This document shows positions 58,482 through 64,000 of a stretch of DNA of 64,000 bases, one piece after another. Numbering within the stretch: the first letter of the stretch is position 1; every line of letters begins with the position of its first letter. Made by a program: the position numbers and the translations under genes. Below the pieces are notes generated by a model. The model had not been told where the DNA came from. It made no database searches and saw nothing but the letters and a program-made list of their open reading frames with translations. Source of the stretch: an uncultured Salinicoccus sp. (lineage in GTDB: Bacteria; Bacillota; Bacilli; Staphylococcales; Salinicoccaceae); the NCBI GenBank assembly GCA_947494965.1, contig CANLWV010000003.1, positions 171,252-235,251 on the forward strand, given 5' to 3'.

Positions 58482-60278
58482 ATGGAGCTCAAGAAAAATG
58501 GTTGGTATCACTATGATTCTAAAGCAAAGAAGGAAGTTTACGTTGCACCGCCCATTGATGTAACTGAGAGATACAAGGATTTGGAGAGCAATGAAATCCT
58601 CATTACTATTGAAGATGATCAGGGCGCCAAATACCACGGTACGATGGAGGTATTGGGGTCCAGGAACATCGAGGATCTTCTTAAATATGGTTTTCCCATA
58701 ACCCCTGCCAACAAAAACCTCCTCTGTGGTGCATTGGTTGAAAGAGTGAATAAGCTGCCGTTCAAAATAATCTACACGAATGTGGGCCTTACTAAGCACA
58801 ATAACAATTATCAATTCCAAGGGCACACGCTATTAAGCAGTGAAGGGCTTGAAGGGGTGTTGAAGTCCGACTCTCCTTATGATCTACAACCTTCCGGTAA
58901 TATAGATACATGGTTACAGATGTATACAGATCATGTTACAGGCAATACACGCTTGGAGTTGATTTTGGCCCTTGGTGTATCTGGGATTGTTATCACTTAT
59001 TTGAAAAAGGTTTGTGGTGTCGATCTTCATAATCCTATTGTTCATTTATATGGGGACTCCAGTACAGGTAAAACGACCGCAGCGCAATTGGCTCTTTCCG
59101 TCGGAGGCAATCCTAAGAAGGAAAGGGGATTGTTCAAGACCTGGAATAGTACGGCCAACGGTTTGGTTAGTATGCTGTCTGGCAATTATGGAATCCCTCT
59201 CCTATTTGACGAAATTTCAACCATCAGTATAAGAAGCTTGACGACTTTAATCTACACGTTAGCTGAGGGTCTAGAGCGAGGACGTTCAAATATTAACGGC
59301 CAGCATAAAGAACAGAGGGAATGGTCTACCGTGATGTTATCGACAGGAGAAGTGGGCATTGATGAGTTAGGGGCTGCCAAGCAGAATACGGGCATCGGTG
59401 TCAGATTGCTTCAATTTGAAGAAGTGTTCACTCAAAGTTCTAACCAGTCAGAAAGCATCAAAAGGGTAATAAATAAAAATTACGGGCATGTACTTCCCCT
59501 TATCGCAAAAAAGGTTATCGAATCAAACGAAGAAGATATATCTCATTTCTACAATGAGAGGCAGCATAAGTTCCATGAAGCCTTAAAGGGACAACACAAA
59601 GTAGTGGAAAGGGTGGCAAACCTCTATGCGGCTGTCACACTCGCAGCTTTTATATTCAACGAAACCTTTGGTGAATATAACATTTCCATGGACGAGGCTA
59701 AGATATTTGATTTCCTAGTCGCTCATGAAAAGAAAGTCAGCACTACTCGTGACCTTGGAGAACAAGCCTATGAGAAGCTCATCCAATACCTTGTGACCAA
59801 CCAGAATAAAATTGCCGATGCAAAAAGTATTTACAGTAACTCCACAGGGACAATCGGTTTCTATGACGAAACAAGGAAGGATATATATGCCATAAAGATT
59901 TTAAAAGGGGCATTCGAAGACTTCATAAACCACCATAGCGATTTGCAAGGTAGCAAAAAGGTTGCTAAAGCATTAAAAGAAAAAAATTATTTCATCGTTC
60001 CACTTGGCAGAGATCGAATTGGTCAACAAGAGACCGTCAAACCAGGCCATAGAGAGACATTCTATACTCTACACCTTAAACCAGGTGATCATACGCTTTT
60101 CAATCCCTTGAACGATCCTGAGAAAAAAGATTCTGATCCTGTTGAACAAAGTCCTAAAGCAAAAGAGTCTGGTCCCATCGGACAAAGCCCCGAAGCAAAA
60201 AGGATATTCAAAGGGCTTGTTTCAACATCCAATTCCACTGAGGATTCGGATATCGACGATGAAGACATTGGTATTTAA
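58482..60278 (+). CDS. cch: Cch-type DUF927 replicative helicase
   Basis: 598 aa. Walker A GDSSTGKTT, Walker B LLFDEIS. Located directly upstream of ccrA as in SCC ccr gene complexes. Confidence 0.75.
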   Translation: MELKKNGWYHYDSKAKKEVYVAPPIDVTERYKDLESNEILITIEDDQGAKYHGTMEVLGSRNIEDLLKYGFPITPANKNLLCGALVERVNKLPFKIIYTNVGLTKHNNNYQFQGHTLLSSEGLEGVLKSDSPYDLQPSGNIDTWLQMYTDHVTGNTRLELILALGVSGIVITYLKKVCGVDLHNPIVHLYGDSSTGKTTAAQLALSVGGNPKKERGLFKTWNSTANGLVSMLSGNYGIPLLFDEISTISIRSLTTLIYTLAEGLERGRSNINGQHKEQREWSTVMLSTGEVGIDELGAAKQNTGIGVRLLQFEEVFTQSSNQSESIKRVINKNYGHVLPLIAKKVIESNEEDISHFYNERQHKFHEALKGQHKVVERVANLYAAVTLAAFIFNETFGEYNISMDEAKIFDFLVAHEKKVSTTRDLGEQAYEKLIQYLVTNQNKIADAKSIYSNSTGTIGFYDETRKDIYAIKILKGAFEDFINHHSDLQGSKKVAKALKEKNYFIVPLGRDRIGQQETVKPGHRETFYTLHLKPGDHTLFNPLNDPEKKDSDPVEQSPKAKESGPIGQSPEAKRIFKGLVSTSNSTEDSDIDDEDIGI

Positions 60279-60294
60279 AAAAGGAGGAAGCTGA

Positions 60295-60384
60295 ATGAAA
60301 AGCAAAGAGATGCAGTCATTCATCACTTCGCTCGTCAATATTCTCGAGGCAGAAGTGAAAGTAGAAGATGAGAATTTTAAATAG
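60295..60384 (+). CDS. 29-aa ORF between cch and ccrA
   Basis: AAAAGGAGGAA RBS 5 nt upstream. Encodes MKSKEMQSFITSLVNILEAEVKVEDENFK. It falls below the ORF-track length cutoff. Confidence 0.3.
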   Translation: MKSKEMQSFITSLVNILEAEVKVEDENFK

Positions 60385-60435
60385 ATTGAGCTATAGGGGA
60401 GAAGCTGTAAGGGCTTCTCCACTTCTATATAAAGG

Positions 60436-61839
60436 ATGATGAGAAGCATGAACAAAAAAACCATTGCCTATGCACGACAGTCTCTACAGAAGAGTAATCG
60501 CGAATCTTCGACCAGAGGCCAGATTGAGGCCATCCGTAAATATTGCTGTACGAATAAAATTGAAATAGATGAAGTATGGACGGAGGTCGCATCAGGGAAA
60601 ACCATGAAGCGGGAAAAGATGCAACATCTTATCCACCATATCAAACAGGGGTATGTCGAGACATTAATTGTCTGGCGCTTAGATAGAATCTCACGGACGA
60701 CAAAAGATTTACTGACATTCTTCACACTTTGCACAGATCACAAAGTTAACATCATCAGCATCAACGATGAAACCTTGGGATATGAGAACTCGATGGATAA
60801 GTTCAAAGTTCAGATACTAGCCAGTATGGCTGAACTGCAGCGAAATATTATCAGTGAAAACAAAGTGAACACAAACCGAGTAAAGTTTCAAAGAGATCAT
60901 ATCCCCTTCCATGTGACACCATTTGGTTACCGTTACATCAATAAACAGTATGTCGTTGAGGAAAATGAAGCATATACTGTGCGCGAGGTGTATCGACTAT
61001 ATACTGAAGGTCTCGGTTATAAAAAGATATCTCGCTGTACAGAAGAACGGCCCGACCTTGTCTTTTGTCAGCCTTCTCACATCAGACAAATTCTGCTCAA
61101 CCGAAAGTATTATGGATACTATAAGGGAGCTCATGGGGTAGTGGCCAGTATTATTCCTGCGATTATTTCCCAGGAAATCTATGAAAAAGCGGAACAGCTT
61201 CGTCATTCCAAAGCACAGAATAGAAAGCATACAGTACTTGCTAATCTGCGCAGGAAAATAAAATGCCCCTTATGCAACCACACCATGACTACCTATCATA
61301 ATCGGAACCAAACGAACTCAACACCGGTTTATGCATGCAGTCAAAGATTCCGCAAACAGTATCACGCCTGTTCAATGCGCCCGATACCCATCTCCAAGCT
61401 TGAGTCAGAAGCTCTTTATGTTATCAAGTCATTCTTATCCACCGATGAAATACTCAAAGAAATTCACCAAGAAATAGTTAATCAGCTAAAAGAAAAACAA
61501 GCAAGATCCAAGAGGACTGAAGTTGAGATAGAGCGTCAGAAAGAAGTATTGGTGCATGAATTGGCTGCAGGAAATATCGATATAAAAATCTTCAAGCAGT
61601 CTATTGAAGCTTTGCAGGATACTACTCATGTGGCAGAACCCCATATTGATACAGATGAAGTTACATTACAAAAGATTGCTTCACTGATAGAGCAGAAGAC
61701 AGAAGCAAACGATGCGCTTTGGCAACTCGTGGAAAAAGTAGAAGTGGATGAATCAGGGGCCTTATCCGGGGTTTACTTAAAGGATTTATCCATAAATATA
61801 CTCAATAGAAAGGAAGTAATGAAATATGAATCCATATAA
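60436..61839 (+). CDS. ccrA: cassette chromosome recombinase A (large serine recombinase)
   Basis: IAYARQS catalytic-serine motif, VWRLDRISR, a recombinase domain, a Cys-rich zinc ribbon (CPLCNH...YACS) and a coiled-coil tail. Overlaps ccrB by 14 nt. The true start may be MNKKT at 60448. Confidence 0.85.
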   Translation: MMRSMNKKTIAYARQSLQKSNRESSTRGQIEAIRKYCCTNKIEIDEVWTEVASGKTMKREKMQHLIHHIKQGYVETLIVWRLDRISRTTKDLLTFFTLCTDHKVNIISINDETLGYENSMDKFKVQILASMAELQRNIISENKVNTNRVKFQRDHIPFHVTPFGYRYINKQYVVEENEAYTVREVYRLYTEGLGYKKISRCTEERPDLVFCQPSHIRQILLNRKYYGYYKGAHGVVASIIPAIISQEIYEKAEQLRHSKAQNRKHTVLANLRRKIKCPLCNHTMTTYHNRNQTNSTPVYACSQRFRKQYHACSMRPIPISKLESEALYVIKSFLSTDEILKEIHQEIVNQLKEKQARSKRTEVEIERQKEVLVHELAAGNIDIKIFKQSIEALQDTTHVAEPHIDTDEVTLQKIASLIEQKTEANDALWQLVEKVEVDESGALSGVYLKDLSINILNRKEVMKYESI

Positions 61840-63487
61840 ACAGAATGAAAGAATCAAGGTAGCTCTGTATGCCCGGGTCAGTACTGCGATGCAGGCAAGC
61901 GATGGCTTCTCCATTGATGCCCAAATTGAAACTCTAACACAGCATTGTAAAAAGTTAGGGTATGACATTTATAATATATACATCGATAAAGGGCTTAGTG
62001 GGAGTGATATGAGCAAACGCTCTAGCTTATTAAACATGTTGGAAAATGCCAAACAACAAAAGTTCGACAAAGTATACGTCTGGAAGCTATCAAGGTTGGC
62101 CAGAAACGTCCGGGACTTGATTTCCATGGTAGAAGTGCTACAAGACCATTCTGTTGATTTTCATAGTTATAGTGAGAGCTTCGAAGTAACCACTAGTACT
62201 GGCATGTTCATGATGCAGATGTTGGCTGCAGTCAGTGAGTATGAAAGAAATATCATCATAGATAATGTGAAATTGGGTCAAGCCCAACGTGCAATGAACG
62301 GTTATACCAATGGCAAACTGCCACTCGGTTATAACAAGCCGGATTCCCCTCGAATTCCTATAGAAATCAACCCCTATGAAGCTGAAATCATCAAGCAGAT
62401 ATTTAATATGTATGAAGCAGGTCACGGGTTACGGTCAATAGCTAATTCGCTCAATCAGAAAGGGTATCGTACAAAGAAGGGAAACGCCTTTAGTATAACG
62501 GCAATAAAAACGGTTCTCACAAATCCTATCTACTCTGGCATGGTAAGGTTCAATCAATACTTGGACTACGCGAAATATGGAAGAAAGTTTAAGAACGAAA
62601 ACCCAATACTTGTTGAAGGTAAGCATGAGGCAATAATCTCAAAAGAGCAATGGGAGAATGTCCAAGACAAGTTACAGCAACGTTCTTTTATGCCTAAAGT
62701 AATGGGAGATGGCTCAAATCTTTTAACTGGTATACTCAGGTGTCCACAATGCGGCTCAGCCATGATGGCTGCTAATACCACCAACACGTTAAAAGACGGG
62801 ACCAAGAAAAGGATTCGATATTATTCCTGTCAGCAATTTAGAGCAAAAGGGTCGACTGTATGCAGTGCAAACAGTGTTAGAGCAGATGATATAGAAGGAA
62901 TGATCCAATCTAATATCATACAACTCATCAACCAACCTACTATCTTAAATATGGTGGTAGAGGAAAACAATCAGCGTATTCAAAAAGAGCAGATGGCACT
63001 AAAGCAACAACATCCCCAACTCGAAGCTGACATCATTGAGTTGGGCGAAAAAATTACTCGACTTAAAAATGCTGCAGCAGCCGACGAAGATGTGCATACA
63101 ATGCTGCAGCCAGAGATCGAATCGCTCAGAACCGAGTTGGATTCAAAGAAGATGTTGATACAATCACATCATGCTAAAGTCGAAGATACAACAGAAGAGT
63201 CCAAAACATATAGTGAAGAAGAATTAAAACAGGTACTGGAAAAGCTTAGTCGCTCATTCAGTGCAAAGAATAAAATGCAGATTAAAAAGATGTACCTGAC
63301 AATCATAGATAAGGTTACATTTTCAAAGAAAAAAGGGAATCGAAAGATTGAGGATATTACCATTCATCTGAAAAAAGAAATCGGTACGGTGTTGTTGGAG
63401 AATATGAATACAAGCGGAGCTTCTGAAAAGGAAGCTCCGCTTTCTTTGTTTTCTGAGGGCATCATCATCAAATGCAATGCGCAGTGA
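61826..63487 (+). CDS. ccrB: cassette chromosome recombinase B (large serine recombinase)
   Basis: VALYARVST catalytic motif and VWKLSRLARN. LLTGILRCPQCGSAMMAANTTNTLKDGTKKRIRYYSC...CSANSVRAD closely matches the CcrB zinc-ribbon region as I recall it. Confidence 0.9.
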   Translation: MNPYKQNERIKVALYARVSTAMQASDGFSIDAQIETLTQHCKKLGYDIYNIYIDKGLSGSDMSKRSSLLNMLENAKQQKFDKVYVWKLSRLARNVRDLISMVEVLQDHSVDFHSYSESFEVTTSTGMFMMQMLAAVSEYERNIIIDNVKLGQAQRAMNGYTNGKLPLGYNKPDSPRIPIEINPYEAEIIKQIFNMYEAGHGLRSIANSLNQKGYRTKKGNAFSITAIKTVLTNPIYSGMVRFNQYLDYAKYGRKFKNENPILVEGKHEAIISKEQWENVQDKLQQRSFMPKVMGDGSNLLTGILRCPQCGSAMMAANTTNTLKDGTKKRIRYYSCQQFRAKGSTVCSANSVRADDIEGMIQSNIIQLINQPTILNMVVEENNQRIQKEQMALKQQHPQLEADIIELGEKITRLKNAAAADEDVHTMLQPEIESLRTELDSKKMLIQSHHAKVEDTTEESKTYSEEELKQVLEKLSRSFSAKNKMQIKKMYLTIIDKVTFSKKKGNRKIEDITIHLKKEIGTVLLENMNTSGASEKEAPLSLFSEGIIIKCNAQ

Positions 63488-63547
63488 TGCGATCGGATTT
63501 TCAAATATATATTATTTTCTTGTAAATAATCCAAAGGAGGTGGAGCC

Positions 63548-63838
63548 ATGAATGAACAGTTGTACCAGTATGTCATGAATAAATACCCAGAGATGCAAGA
63601 GCAACAGTGGCAAGCTGAAAGCACTGCACTAGGTGCTGAAGATGTCTTTTCAGAACTCACGTATCAAGAGCAGTTCCAAGGACAAATGTTTGATACGGTG
63701 TTGTATTATCCAACAGATGACCAGAGTGACATTGAGTTGTATCCATTCGAGGTATTCAAGGGGGAGGCGCTAATCGCATTAGGCTATATGAATAAAAACA
63801 ATCAATACATCATATATGTCCAGACGGAAACAAGCTGA
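63548..63838 (+). CDS. small acidic hypothetical protein downstream of ccrB
   Basis: 96 aa with a GGAGGTGG RBS. It occupies the position of the small conserved DUF ORFs that follow ccrB in SCC elements. Confidence 0.45.
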   Translation: MNEQLYQYVMNKYPEMQEQQWQAESTALGAEDVFSELTYQEQFQGQMFDTVLYYPTDDQSDIELYPFEVFKGEALIALGYMNKNNQYIIYVQTETS

Positions 63839-64000
63839 AACAACACATAAAGAAGAAATCCACCAGGTCCTTTGCATTATCAAAGGCCAAGGAAAAATAA
63901 GATATGCAAAAGGTTTAAATAATTAAATTTAACTGTTTGAACAGGCCCCAAATATAAAATATCACAGCTCGGAAACTCGGAAATATTAATGTATATACTA

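Larger units (their letters stand above)
54017..64000. mobile_element. SCC-type element (partial, continues past the window end) with cch-ccrA-ccrB gene complex
   Basis: Paired large serine recombinases with CcrA/CcrB-specific motifs, preceded by a DUF927 helicase and a small wHTH-like ORF. The ISS-like repeat lies at its left edge. Confidence 0.7.

Noticed and set aside
60397-60421. Hairpin ggagaagc...gcttctcc between the 29-aa ORF and ccrA as a terminator
   Set aside because: No U-tract follows it, and it lies within a likely operon. I did not call it a terminator.
41000-64000. mecA/mecC, bla, IS431/IS257, Tn554 or other resistance cargo typical of SCCmec
   Set aside because: No ORF in the visible island shows PBP2a-like, beta-lactamase or transposase motifs. 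The element is an SCC without mec, at least within this window.

Overview
This looks like chromosomal DNA from a Staphylococcaceae-like Bacillota; that assignment is inferred from gene content and order. It splits into two parts. Positions 1-40.7 kb are ordinary core genome. They carry a Tat-dependent GMC dehydrogenase pair, mntR, a PdaC-like deacetylase, TetR plus YhgE/Pip, and mntABC behind twin MntR-type palindromes. Next come a TPP riboswitch with tenA-thiD-thiM-thiE, brnQ, a flotillin, opuAA-AB-AC, PadR plus a membrane partner, GNAT, an OCD-family enzyme, and GntR plus an MFS transporter. The core ends with RluA, DtpT, a class-II UvrA paralog, AKR, SDR, an ABC-class ATPase, a BCCT transporter and a truncated globin. 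From about 40.75 kb to the window end the DNA is visibly AT-richer (judged by eye, not computed) and accessory. It contains an SCC-type ccr gene complex: an LP1413-like ORF, a cch DUF927 helicase, ccrA and ccrB, at 57.9-63.5 kb. At least four same-orientation copies of an SCC integration-site-like 18-mer lie at 44643, 48820, 48876 and 53999, and they divide the region into stacked cassettes. One cassette (44.66-48.82 kb) holds decayed gene fragments around one intact P1B-4 metal ATPase. The next cassette (48.89-54.00 kb) is the most interesting. It encodes two AlbA_2/Schlafen-like proteins flanking a 471-aa protein with a C-terminal Rx4H HEPN-like motif, and it ends in a 77-bp tandem hairpin array. 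I propose it as an uncharacterised defence-type system. No mec, IS element, CRISPR array, rRNA or tRNA was seen. All calls rest on reading the sequence and ORF translations, with no database searches.
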